This document shows, in pieces, positions 9,127 through 18,428 of a stretch of 64,000 nt of DNA. Numbering within the stretch: position 1 is the stretch's first letter; each line of letters begins with the position of its first letter. The position numbers were made by a program, and so were the translations under genes. Source of the stretch: Candidatus Micrarchaeota archaeon (lineage in GTDB: Archaea > B1Sed10-29); assembly GCA_964579265.1 (NCBI GenBank), contig CAZOFO010000001.1, positions 49,854-113,853 of the forward strand, in the 5' to 3' direction. The notes beneath the pieces were generated by a model, which did not search any database, had not been told where the DNA came from, and was given only the letters and a program-made list of their open reading frames with translations.

Positions 9127-11103
9127 TTATGTTTTCACTTCCTCTTCTTTTATTTTTTCCATTAGTTTTTCAGGATTGCTCTGGTACTGTGCTATTACTT
9201 CTCCTACTTCTTCAAATCCTGTTATGTTGTTTTCCTGCATCCATTTTAGTATTGTAGCTCTTCTCTGCAGTTCTCTCCACATTTCTTCTTTTGATATTCC
9301 TTTTTCATCGGATATTTCTTTTAGTATATGGCTTTCTTCTGATACGAATTCGAAGTAATCGTCCGAGGGTACGTAAGTGAATAGTTCATTGGTTATTGGT
9401 TGTCCTGTGTCCATATCTACATCTACTACTTCTACCAGTGATTTTACTCTTCTTGCATCTATTTTTTCTACTTTGGAAAATCCCAGTATTATTATCACAT
9501 CGAGGTGTTGAAGCAGTCCAGGAGAGAGATTTATTGGTTCTGTTTTTAATCTGTTTATTACTGCTTGTATGGAGTCTGCGTGCATTGTTGCGAATCCAGG
9601 GTGTCCTGTTGCCATTCCCTGGAACAGGTTGTATGCTTCTTCTCCTCTAACTTCTCCCACTATTATATGGTCTGGTCTTTCTCTTAATCCTGCTTTTACT
9701 AGATCGAACATTGTTACTTCTCCTTGTTCTGTTTTTCCTTTTTTTCCTGTTTTTGTAGCTATTTTGTTTATCCAGTGTTCGTGGGGAAGTCTAATTTCAG
9801 GTGTGTCTTCTATTGACACTATTTTACGGTCTCTTGGTATGAACATGCTTAGAGAGTTCAGCATTGATGTTTTTCCTGTTGCTGTTCCTCCGGATACTAG
9901 TACTGAGTTTTGATATTCTACTGCTACCCATATGTATGCTCCTATTATTGCTGGGACTGTTCCAAAGTTCAGTTGATCTATTATTGTGAGTGGTTCTTCT
10001 GTGAATTTTCTTATTGTAAATGTTGATCCTTTCATCGCAATTTCTTTTCCTGCTGAGTAGGTTGCTTGTAATCTGGATCCGTCTGGTAGTGCTCCTTGTA
10101 GTAATGGTTCCGATACTGATATGTGTTTCCCTGTTCTTTGAGCTAGTTTTGTAACGAATCTATCTAGTTCATTACTGTCTTCATAGGTTACGTTTGTTTT
10201 TAGAGATCCATATCTTTTGTGGTATATGTATATTGGTATATTTTCTCCGTCGCATGAGATATCTTCGATTGATTTATCGTGCATTAAAGGTTCTATTTTT
10301 TCTAGTCCTAAGAAGTCTCTGTATATGTAGTATAGAAGTTTATTGTATTGGTCTTGCGTTATCTCTATTTCGTAATTCTTTATTATCCCGCTGAGTTTAT
10401 CTTTTAGATATTCTCTCATTTCTTGTCTTTCTGTTGCTTCCATTAGGTTTACATCTAGTAGTTCTTTTAGAAGTCCTTTTATCTTCTCTAGTTTTTCTTT
10501 TTCTTCCTCAGTTAGTGGTGGTTCCAGTACGTCGTAGAGCAGTCTTTCTTCATCTTCGTTCCAGTGCAGTCTTGCGTATGCCCAGGGTTCTATTAATTCG
10601 TATCTTTCATCTACTTCTTCTAGTTTTGGTGGTTGCCAGGAAGGATTTATTTTTTCTGCTTTTACTTTTTCAGGTATGCTGAATAGTTCAGGTCCTCCTC
10701 TAACTTCTTGTATTGGTTTTACTCCTTCTTTTAGTCTTATTTTTCTAGTGACTTGTGGGAATTCCCATACTTCTGGTTTTTGGAATTTTTTCTGTTCTTT
10801 TTCTTCTTCCTTTTTCTCTTTTGCAAAACCTCCTTTTATTTCTTTCTCTTTTAGTTTTTCTAATCTGGGTGATGTTCTCGTTTCAGGAGGTTCTCTTTTC
10901 TTAGTGGCTAGTTCTTCTTCTTTTGTTTCTTCTTTCATTCTTTCTCTTCTTTGGAATATGTTTTCTCTTTTCGGAGGTATTTCGGTTGGTTTTCTTTCTT
11001 TTCTTTCTTTGTTTTTTTCTTGTATTTTTTCAGCTGCTTTCTCGTGTTCTTCTTTTTCTTCTAATTTTTCTCCTGTTTTCTTTATTATGTCTTTAAGAGC
11101 CAC
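9127..11103 (-). CDS. Type II/IV secretion (VirB11/TadA/ArlI-like) pilus assembly ATPase
   Basis: Walker A GGTATGKTS, SIEDTPE Asp box, LRERPDHIIVGEVRGEE Walker B, TGH..TMHA His box; long charged N-terminal extension. Confidence 0.95.
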   Translation of the reverse strand: MALKDIIKKTGEKLEEKEEHEKAAEKIQEKNKERKERKPTEIPPKRENIFQRRERMKEETKEEELATKKREPPETRTSPRLEKLKEKEIKGGFAKEKKEEEKEQKKFQKPEVWEFPQVTRKIRLKEGVKPIQEVRGGPELFSIPEKVKAEKINPSWQPPKLEEVDERYELIEPWAYARLHWNEDEERLLYDVLEPPLTEEEKEKLEKIKGLLKELLDVNLMEATERQEMREYLKDKLSGIIKNYEIEITQDQYNKLLYYIYRDFLGLEKIEPLMHDKSIEDISCDGENIPIYIYHKRYGSLKTNVTYEDSNELDRFVTKLAQRTGKHISVSEPLLQGALPDGSRLQATYSAGKEIAMKGSTFTIRKFTEEPLTIIDQLNFGTVPAIIGAYIWVAVEYQNSVLVSGGTATGKTSMLNSLSMFIPRDRKIVSIEDTPEIRLPHEHWINKIATKTGKKGKTEQGEVTMFDLVKAGLRERPDHIIVGEVRGEEAYNLFQGMATGHPGFATMHADSIQAVINRLKTEPINLSPGLLQHLDVIIILGFSKVEKIDARRVKSLVEVVDVDMDTGQPITNELFTYVPSDDYFEFVSEESHILKEISDEKGISKEEMWRELQRRATILKWMQENNITGFEEVGEVIAQYQSNPEKLMEKIKEEEVKT

Positions 11104-11536
11104 AGTGATTCACCATCTCTATCTTTGTTTCTTCTGATCCTTCCTTGAATATTAAACATCTTTCACCTGGTGATACTTCTCCTGAAATATTTTTTTCACT
11201 GCATTTTATGTTTGTAGTTTCTATATTGTTTTCTGCGGGCATGTGAGTTTCCGTGTTTATCGTTATTTTTCCTTCTTGGCATTCTAATGAGGATGCGTAT
11301 CCTGTTTCTATTCTTGGGAGGTTTAATTTTATTTCAGTGGTTTGATTAGTGTTTTCCATGGTTGATACTCCGTAATGTAGTTTTTTATTTATGTATTGAT
11401 TTATTTCTTCTACTTTCTCTCTTATTCTTTGGTCTCTGGCATTTTGGGTTTGAGAGTGAACTGTGAAGTAGGCTGTTATTAGTATTGTTCCCATTATCGC
11501 GTATCTTAGTGTTATTGTGGCTCCTAACGGTGGCAT
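11093..11536 (-). CDS. Pilin-like membrane protein
   Basis: N-terminal G followed by a hydrophobic helix, four Cys in the globular part, overlaps the ATPase start. Confidence 0.6.
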   Translation of the reverse strand: MPPLGATITLRYAIMGTILITAYFTVHSQTQNARDQRIREKVEEINQYINKKLHYGVSTMENTNQTTEIKLNLPRIETGYASSLECQEGKITINTETHMPAENNIETTNIKCSEKNISGEVSPGERCLIFKEGSEETKIEMVNHCGS

Positions 11537-11670
11537 CTTTATCCTTTTTTTGATTTTTTATTTTCTTTTTCAAGTGTTTATTAATAATTAAATCAATAAA
11601 TAAGTTTCCTTTAAATATTTCCTGTGTTTTTTCTTGAGTGTCTTGGAAATTTCTCTAGTTATTATTTTCT

Positions 11671-13455
11671 CTAGCAGAAGTCAACGGATATTACTGGTTC
11701 GCCTTCTTCAGTTATTTCTTTCTTTTCGAGTACTACGGTCACTCTAGGACCGCTTCTTCCTTTTATACAGTTTCCTTCCCAGGTTAGGTTTGCATTTGGG
11801 TAACATAGTGTTACTTGTGCGGTTCCTGGAGCTCCTGCTGCTCCTGTGTATACTCGGGAATGTTTTCCTATCTTTCTGTTTAGTAGTTCTTCTCTTTCGT
11901 TTCGTATGTATGTGGTTTCTTCTGTACATGTTTCCAGTATTTGTTCGACTTCATCTGGATTTTCAACTTCTAGTGTCATTGATTTTAGTACTGGTGTATT
12001 CCCTTGTTCTTCTGAGTCTAGCTTTATATCTAGTTGATATTGTTCGTGTTCTCTTTCCCATGTCAGGTTGTATTCTTCTTCTCCATCGAGTTCCTGTGTA
12101 TTGTTTTCTTCTCTTTCAGTTCCTGGTGATCCTGTGATATTTACTATTATATCTTCATCGTTTAATTCGTAATCTAGATCTACAAGGTTTGGTTGGGAAC
12201 TTGCCATTGTTCTTGAATCCAGTTCAAGGTGTCCTGGGCTTTGTATCCCTGTATCTACTTCTAATTTCACTTCATCTATTTCTGGATAGTCTCCATTTAC
12301 TAGTTTTGTTTCGAATTCCCATTCATATCCTTCGACTCTGTTTCCTTCTTCATCCACGAATTCTGATCCGGATATAGTTTCTCCGGGACTCGTGGCGTTC
12401 ACCCATACTGATTCCCACCACTCGTCATTTTCATCCTCTCTCCCTCTTACTCTATACTGTATCTCTGTTTCCTCTGGAAGTTCTCCTTCCCACTCCAGTA
12501 ACCCTATTCTAGGTTCTATGTCTAGATCAGTTTCGAATACTTCTGAATTGTAAGTTCCGCTATCCGAGATATTCATGAATGTGTGGTTCATCCAATCTAT
12601 TTCTACTCTGGCTTCGTGTCCTTCTTCCCTTTTTTCAGAATAATATTGGAAAATTATTTCTACTTCTTCTCTTTCACTTACGTTTATTTGATCGGACCAT
12701 GTTTCCCAATCCTCTTCTTCATCAGATTCATCTTCATGAATTTGTTTTCCATCTACAATAACTCTTACTTCAGCATCTCTATAGAAAGGACCACCACTTC
12801 CTATTAATTTATATCTATATCCTAAAGTAATTTCTTCGAGGAATCTCACGCTTCTTGTTTCATTGTAAAAAGTTTCCCATTCATCTGGTTCTCCTTCAGA
12901 AGGAGGTATTGAATCATTATGATGGACTGCTTCTTCAGAGAGGAGAGTTAATGTTTCGTTCTCAACTTCTGTGTAGTTGAATGTTCCGTTTTTCCATTCT
13001 TCTTCGCTTTCCACTATGAATTCGTCAAATTCTCTTTCCAGGGAGACTTCTCCGTCTCTTATTGAGATATTCTGTTTTTCAGTATAGTTTTCCCAGTCTC
13101 CTTGGGTTTCCCAGGTTAACCTTGGTTTCCCTATCTCTTCCGGTGGAGAAATATGACCTACAGTTGCTACGTCCTGCCGGAAAGAAAGTACTATCTTATT
13201 ATTTTCTTCATCCAGTCTGATGTTCCCTTCAGGTAGATGCAGGGGAAATGTATTTCTAGCTCCTACTTCACTATTCAATATCCTTCTAAGTTCATAATCA
13301 AAACTTTCCATTTGATTAACGAGATTAATGTTTTTTGGACCGTCACCTAGTCTCTCTACATGAGGGTAGGCCCAGAAATATGCTGCGGAAGTAGTTACGA
13401 CTACGATCGCTATTAACATCACGTAAGATATTACAGGGGTTATTCCCTTTTTCAT
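11671..13455 (-). CDS. Large pilin-like adhesin (class III signal peptide) with inserted beta-rich domains
   Basis: MKKG/ITPVISYVMLIAIVV archaeal pilin N-terminus; acidic extracellular body; start taken as ATG 13455 after AAGGTG SD. Confidence 0.8.
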   Translation of the reverse strand: MKKGITPVISYVMLIAIVVVTTSAAYFWAYPHVERLGDGPKNINLVNQMESFDYELRRILNSEVGARNTFPLHLPEGNIRLDEENNKIVLSFRQDVATVGHISPPEEIGKPRLTWETQGDWENYTEKQNISIRDGEVSLEREFDEFIVESEEEWKNGTFNYTEVENETLTLLSEEAVHHNDSIPPSEGEPDEWETFYNETRSVRFLEEITLGYRYKLIGSGGPFYRDAEVRVIVDGKQIHEDESDEEEDWETWSDQINVSEREEVEIIFQYYSEKREEGHEARVEIDWMNHTFMNISDSGTYNSEVFETDLDIEPRIGLLEWEGELPEETEIQYRVRGREDENDEWWESVWVNATSPGETISGSEFVDEEGNRVEGYEWEFETKLVNGDYPEIDEVKLEVDTGIQSPGHLELDSRTMASSQPNLVDLDYELNDEDIIVNITGSPGTEREENNTQELDGEEEYNLTWEREHEQYQLDIKLDSEEQGNTPVLKSMTLEVENPDEVEQILETCTEETTYIRNEREELLNRKIGKHSRVYTGAAGAPGTAQVTLCYPNANLTWEGNCIKGRSGPRVTVVLEKKEITEEGEPVISVDFC

Positions 13456-13621
13456 TTGCAATTTAGACACCTTATTTAGGTTTGCATCTTCTGAAAATTT
13501 ATATTTTATAACCTTCAGAATTATAAGTAACTAGATAAATAAAAGGGTTTAGTGGATAAATAATTGGAAATTCATTTATACTGGAAGTTTTTTAAGTTTA
13601 TCCAAGTGAACAGGATCAGAT

Positions 13622-14341
13622 ATGAGTGGACATAAGAATTCGATGATAGATAAAAGAAAATCAGAAGGGAAAAAACTAAAGTCGATAGGCATAATACCTG
13701 ACGGGAATAGAAGGTATGCTGAAAAAAATAATATCTCCTACAAGAAATCTTACCAGAAAGGGTTTGAAAAAGGTAAAGATGTTCTTAGATGGTGTAGAAA
13801 GCATCCTACGATAGAGAATGCAGTTATATATGCTCTTAGCACTGAAAATCTTTCTAGATCAGATGAAGAGCTAGAAGTCCTTATAGATCTTTATAAAGAA
13901 AATTTAGAAGATCTAGCTGAATCGGAAGAGATACATGATCACGAGATTAATGTTAAGATAATAGGAAGAGAAGAACTGATTAAACCTATAGAAGAACAAG
14001 TTAAAAAAGTTGAAAAGGCAACTGAAGAATACCAGAACCATAAATTAAGAATAGCTATTGGATACGGTAGTAGGTCTGAATTGATAGATGCTGTGTCCAG
14101 ATTGAAACAGAAAGATAAAGAGATAAATGAATCGAATATTGAATCAGAACTCTACTCGGATCTTAATCTTGATATGGTTATTAGAACAGGAGGATATCAG
14201 AGACTAAGTAACTTTCAACTATGGCAAGCTGCTTACGCTGAGTTATACTTTACTGATAAATTATGGCCCGAATTTGATAAAGAAGAGTTTGAAAATTCGG
14301 TAAATTTCTACGAGGATACTAAGAGAAAGTTCGGCAGGTAA
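13622..14341 (+). CDS. uppS: cis-prenyltransferase (undecaprenyl/dolichyl diphosphate synthase family)
   Basis: IIPDGNRRYA, YALSTENLSR, IRTGGYQRLSNFQLWQAAYAEL, RKFGR. Confidence 0.97.
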   Translation: MSGHKNSMIDKRKSEGKKLKSIGIIPDGNRRYAEKNNISYKKSYQKGFEKGKDVLRWCRKHPTIENAVIYALSTENLSRSDEELEVLIDLYKENLEDLAESEEIHDHEINVKIIGREELIKPIEEQVKKVEKATEEYQNHKLRIAIGYGSRSELIDAVSRLKQKDKEINESNIESELYSDLNLDMVIRTGGYQRLSNFQLWQAAYAELYFTDKLWPEFDKEEFENSVNFYEDTKRKFGR

Positions 14342-14353
14342 TATATCTATAAA

Positions 14354-15163
14354 TTATTCCTTTAGTCTAACTATCTTTTCTCTACCTTTCTTGGATCTGT
14401 CTATTTTTTCCTTTTTCTCTAGCTTGGTCAGTAATTCACTTGTTTTTGATGCGGAGAAACCTATTTTTTCCCTTATTTCAGATTGGTATGCTTCCCCTTC
14501 CATCTCTTTTAAGACTTCTAATACTTCTTCTTCATCGCTCTTAATTCTTTTCTCAGACTTATCTCCTTCATCTTCTTTTGGACTTGAAGTGTAATCCTCT
14601 CCTTTTGCAGCTTCACTTCTTTTCTTTAGGAAATAAGTTAGAGAAATCATAACTGCAAGTACCAGTATAGATAGATATATCACCAGGTCGCTGACTTCTT
14701 CCTCTCCAATTATTGGATCGTAATCTTCGTCTTCTTCTGGATCCGTAACGTTCTCTTCAGTCACATTATCCTCGATCAAGTAATCCTCAGGTGGGAGTAT
14801 CTCCCCGTATTCGTCGTATTCAGGCAGAGGCTCTACAGGAAATATCTGTTCGGGATCAGGTGTCAATGCAAAGTCTATTGTTCTGGAATCGTTTTCAGCT
14901 AGAACCAGGTTTTCTGAAGCAGTTAAGTTATTGTAATGAACTTTAAATGTGTATTCTCCTTCTTCTAATTCTATAGAGTATCTTCCTGTTTCATTAAGAA
15001 CCTCCTGGTGAGTTACTTCTTCTCCATTCACTTGTTCAGTCACTTGTATAATTGCAGGAACTGTTTCCAGATCACTCCATCTATAAACCGTTCCACTAAC
15101 TTCGGCTCCTATGCCAGTACCAATCAGGAGAGTTAAGATTAAAACTAAACTTATTTTTTTCAT
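14354..15163 (-). CDS. Membrane-tethered transcriptional regulator: signal peptide, extracellular beta domain, acidic linker, TM helix, C-terminal winged HTH
   Basis: MKKISLVLILTLLIG signal; carboxypeptidase-regulatory-like GRYSIELEEGEYTFKV; TM LVIYLSILVLAVMISLTYFL; wHTH EEEVLEVL..GEAYQSEIREKIGFSASKTSELLTKLEKKEKIDRSKKGREKIVRL. Confidence 0.85.
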   Translation of the reverse strand: MKKISLVLILTLLIGTGIGAEVSGTVYRWSDLETVPAIIQVTEQVNGEEVTHQEVLNETGRYSIELEEGEYTFKVHYNNLTASENLVLAENDSRTIDFALTPDPEQIFPVEPLPEYDEYGEILPPEDYLIEDNVTEENVTDPEEDEDYDPIIGEEEVSDLVIYLSILVLAVMISLTYFLKKRSEAAKGEDYTSSPKEDEGDKSEKRIKSDEEEVLEVLKEMEGEAYQSEIREKIGFSASKTSELLTKLEKKEKIDRSKKGREKIVRLKE

Positions 15164-15310
15164 CTTCTCAGTACCTCTCTACACCTGTTTTTATTTTGTA
15201 CTTTATTTTATTTAAAAATATATAAATCCTTTTCCCTTATCTCCGAAAGGTTTTTAAATACCTAAACCAACATTTGAAAAATAAAAAACTCTCTAAGAGT
15301 TTTATTCAGT

Positions 15311-15370
15311 TATATGAAGATTTATGAATATTTAAGAACTATTATGAAACTTTAGAAATCTTCATGAACT
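15311..15370. promoter_or_regulatory. Six-unit 10-bp-period TTnnGAA array (putative operator array)
   Basis: tatatGAAga tttatGAAta tttaaGAAct attatGAAac tttaGAAatc ttcatGAAct, directly upstream of BRE/TATA-like CGAAAGG-AATATAAA (15382-15396). Confidence 0.65.
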
Positions 15371-15446
15371 TAAATAAACAACGAAAGGAATATAAAGATC
15401 AAAAACACTAATATCCATGAATAGGATATCATAGGAGGTGTCCAAC

Positions 15447-16760
15447 ATGAATTTGAGTTCCGGAAAAATGTTTGCCATAGCAATCTCTTTAGTGCTGGCA
15501 GTATCGATGATCTCAGCTACAGCAGTACTAGCGCAAGGCCCACCATCAAATAGAGAAAATGATGAAGAAGTACCAGGCCCGGGTAATGGAGAAGAAAATG
15601 AAACCAATGGAGAAGGAATGCCAGAGATAGGTCCTCCAGAAGATATTGAAAACGTAGGGAGAGGCAAAGGAATAGGAGAAAGAGTAAGAGAAATAGTAGG
15701 AGAAAAAGTAGAAGAAATACATGAAGCGATAAAAGGAGAAAACGTATCTGGAGGAGAAATTGCGGGCATAGCTCAAGAAATAGGAGTAGAAGTAGAAGAC
15801 GTTGTAAGAGTAGAAGTAAGAAACATAAAAAATGAAACAAGAAACAGAATCGACCAGGAAGAAGATCAAGGAGAAAGAATGAGAATGCAGGTACAGCAAG
15901 CTAGAGCAGGTAGATACGACTACGCATACGATAGATTTGCTACAGAAGCAAGAGAAAAAATAAATGAATTAGAACAAAGAGGAAAAGAAACCGAAGAACT
16001 AGGAGAAATACTAAATGAAATATCAGTTGCCTACATGGAAGCACACAGAGCTGAAGACCCTGAAGAAAGAGCTCAAGAAATGAAAGAAAAAGCACAACAA
16101 TTCAGAAATAAATTTGAAGAATCTGCAGGAGATGAAGCAGAAGAAATAAGAAACAAATCAAGAGAAAGAGCTCAAGAAGCAGAAGAACATATGGAAGCAG
16201 TGAGAAAAGAAGCATGGGGAAACGCTAGAAATGCAGCTCTTAATGTATTCCAAAACAGGATAGAAGCAGCAGAAAACAAAATAGAAGCATACCAACAAGC
16301 AGGATTTAATACAGAAGAAATGGAAAGCTCTCTAGAAGATCTAAGAAATATGGAGACTGAATTAGAACAAGCATACGAAGGAGGAGACAGAGAAGAACTT
16401 CGAGAAGTAAAAGAATCCATAAGAGAAGAATGGAAAAGCATAATGAGAGCACAACCGGAAGAAAGAGCACAAGAATATGAGGAAACAATAGAAAAACTGA
16501 ACCGAACACTCAGAGATAGCGAAGGAATAATCGAAGCCGCTCAAGAAAGAGGAATAGATGTAGCTGAAGCAGTAGCATCACAGGAAGGAATAGAAAACGG
16601 TATAGAAAGAGCTAAAGAAGCTATGGAAGAAGGAAACTATGAAGAAGCCAAACAAGAAATAGAAAACCTAAGAGAAGATTTCAAGGAATACAGGGAAAAA
16701 GCAGCAGGGATTGCACAAGAACTTAGAGGAGAAATGCAAGAAGGAGTCCCAGGAGGTTGA
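15447..16760 (+). CDS. Secreted, acidic, alpha-helical/coiled-coil protein
   Basis: Signal peptide (MFAIAISLVLAVSMISATAVLA/QG), low-complexity linker, repeated helical units (GKETEEL, GFNTEEM, GIDVAEA); start ATG 15447 after GGAGGTG SD. Confidence 0.8.
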   Translation: MNLSSGKMFAIAISLVLAVSMISATAVLAQGPPSNRENDEEVPGPGNGEENETNGEGMPEIGPPEDIENVGRGKGIGERVREIVGEKVEEIHEAIKGENVSGGEIAGIAQEIGVEVEDVVRVEVRNIKNETRNRIDQEEDQGERMRMQVQQARAGRYDYAYDRFATEAREKINELEQRGKETEELGEILNEISVAYMEAHRAEDPEERAQEMKEKAQQFRNKFEESAGDEAEEIRNKSRERAQEAEEHMEAVRKEAWGNARNAALNVFQNRIEAAENKIEAYQQAGFNTEEMESSLEDLRNMETELEQAYEGGDREELREVKESIREEWKSIMRAQPEERAQEYEETIEKLNRTLRDSEGIIEAAQERGIDVAEAVASQEGIENGIERAKEAMEEGNYEEAKQEIENLREDFKEYREKAAGIAQELRGEMQEGVPGG

Positions 16761-16765
16761 TAAGG

Positions 16766-17020
16766 ATGGAAATCAGTAAAATAATCCCAATCCTGTTAAT
16801 AGGAATACTATTAATAGGAATAGGCTGCATCGGTCCTTTTGCAGAGGAAGAACCTGAAGAAGAAGTTGAAGATCCGGAAGAAACGGAAGAAACCATTGAT
16901 GAAGAAAGACTAAGTGAAATGGAAGAAAGTTTGGAATCAATGGAAAGAACTCTGGACTCCGTGTTGATGGAGCTCGAGGATCTGGATCTAGAAAACTTCA
17001 CAGTGGAAGATGAACTGTAA
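16766..17020 (+). CDS. Small acidic lipoprotein
   Basis: Hydrophobic signal ending in the lipobox-like IGIGC; E-rich mature part; ATG 16766 after GGAGGT SD. Confidence 0.75.
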   Translation: MEISKIIPILLIGILLIGIGCIGPFAEEEPEEEVEDPEETEETIDEERLSEMEESLESMERTLDSVLMELEDLDLENFTVEDEL

Positions 17021-17047
17021 AATCTCTTCCTCTTAAACCTTTTTTTA

Positions 17048-18139
17048 TTATTTAAAATTCTTAAAAAAGTATTTTATACCCATTGGCCAGAATCTTGGTC
17101 TTTTCAGAATCTCTTTTTTGAGTTTTCCAGGGTGGTCCATGTCTCCATGTTCTTCTATCAATCTATCGATGTTATATCTTTTTATTTTCTTTATCAGTTT
17201 TTCTTTGTCCGTCCTATTGAGGAATTTCCTGATTTTCAAATGAGTCTTCAAATCTTTGTTTATCTCACGCTGTTTCGATGTGTAAAGTCCAGGTTCTCCT
17301 TTTTTGATCGCTTTAGCTAGATTTTCTGCGGATTTACATCCCATTACAACTCCTCCTCCTGTAGTTGCTTTTACTTGACCTGCTGCGTCTCCTACTAAAG
17401 CCCATTTATTACCAATTATTTCTTTATCTGGATTAAATATTGGTATTGGTGCTGATCCTGTTCTTTTTATTTCTGATTCGTTTATTTTTATGTTTTCTTT
17501 TTTTATAAATTGTTCTAGAGCTTTTTCTAGGTTTCTATTTCTTGTTCCTATCCCTATCTTTGCTTTGTTTTCACTTAGAGGTATTCTCCAAGCGAAGAAA
17601 TCTGGAGTGTATTCTCCCATGTATATTTCCGTGTAATCAGGGTTTATCTCAGTTTCTGTGATCACTTGGTAGGTGTAATAGAATTCGTTGAGTTTGCTTT
17701 TCTCTCTGGCTACTGAGGAGATGGCTCCGTCTGCTCCTACTAGAAATTCCTCTTTATCTTTTCTTTTTGCTCTTTCTCTTGACTTCCACTTTCTGCCTTT
17801 TTTTATTTTCACGCCTTCTTTTTTTGCTTCTTCTCTGAGTTTCTTTTTGAGTTTCTTCATATCTAGGACATGTGCTTGGGTTTCTTCTCTTTCCACTGTG
17901 AGTTCTTCATCATCTGCTTTTACTTTGCATCCTTTCACGCTGTTCAGGATCGCTTCTTGGTACGGTAGATCCAAGCTGTTTAGACCTGTTTTGGAGATGA
18001 GGCCTCCGCAGGTTTTCCTTTGTAGTTCTTCATTCTTTTCCCATGACTCTGTTTCCACTTTGTCTATTTCACCTAGCTTTTTCCCTAGGTAGCTACCTAC
18101 TATTCCTCCTCCTATTATTTTCACTTGCATTTTTTCCAA
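17048..18139 (-). CDS. Geranylgeranyl reductase family FAD-dependent oxidoreductase
   Basis: IIGGGIVG, TCGGLIS, VGADG, FAWRIP, VGDAAGQVKATTGGG. Confidence 0.9.
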   Translation of the reverse strand: MEKMQVKIIGGGIVGSYLGKKLGEIDKVETESWEKNEELQRKTCGGLISKTGLNSLDLPYQEAILNSVKGCKVKADDEELTVEREETQAHVLDMKKLKKKLREEAKKEGVKIKKGRKWKSRERAKRKDKEEFLVGADGAISSVAREKSKLNEFYYTYQVITETEINPDYTEIYMGEYTPDFFAWRIPLSENKAKIGIGTRNRNLEKALEQFIKKENIKINESEIKRTGSAPIPIFNPDKEIIGNKWALVGDAAGQVKATTGGGVVMGCKSAENLAKAIKKGEPGLYTSKQREINKDLKTHLKIRKFLNRTDKEKLIKKIKRYNIDRLIEEHGDMDHPGKLKKEILKRPRFWPMGIKYFFKNFK

Positions 18140-18231
18140 CCTGTTTTTTAATTATCTTCTGTATATATAGGGTTTTGTGAAGAACATGTTAAAGAGTAAC
18201 TTTTATTAATGAGGGTGTTTAGAAGTATTAT

Positions 18232-18349
18232 TGCTTGGCGGCCACAGCGGAGGGGTAATACCCGGACTCATTCCGAACCCGGCAGTCAAGTCCTCCAGCG
18301 ACCTTCTGAGTACTGCTCTTTAGTGGGAAAGGTGGTACGCTGCCAAGCA
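18232..18349 (+). rRNA. rrf: 5S rRNA (stand-alone)
   Basis: Helix I TGCTTGGC/GCCAAGCA, GGCCACAGCGG, CCCGG-ACTCATTCCGAAC-CCGG-CAGTCAAG, AGTACT...GGGAAA. Confidence 0.95.
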
Positions 18350-18428
18350 CTCTTTGTACTCATTTTTTCTATTTATTAAGGTTCTTTTTTCATAAAGAAT
18401 TATTAATCTGGAGTATCTTATTTTTCGT

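Noticed and set aside
11385..11573. Overlapping ORF (MKKKIKNQKK...) as a frameshifted pilin leader
   Set aside because: The ATG at 11536 has its own AAGGA SD and the upstream DNA is simply A-rich; no evidence of a slip
5249..13470. Pilus locus as an island at tRNA-Leu, or as an archaellum operon
   Set aside because: No att repeat or compositional shift; no ArlH/ArlF/ArlG or archaellin-like genes; two separate TadB/C-like genes fit a pilus
13489..13520. TTCTGAA-N18-TTCAGAA inverted repeat upstream of the pilus adhesin
   Set aside because: 7-bp arms in AT-rich DNA can arise by chance; no second copy noticed
15311..15370. Possible CRISPR or mini-array
   Set aside because: Units are only 10 bp, degenerate and have no spacers; no cas genes in the window
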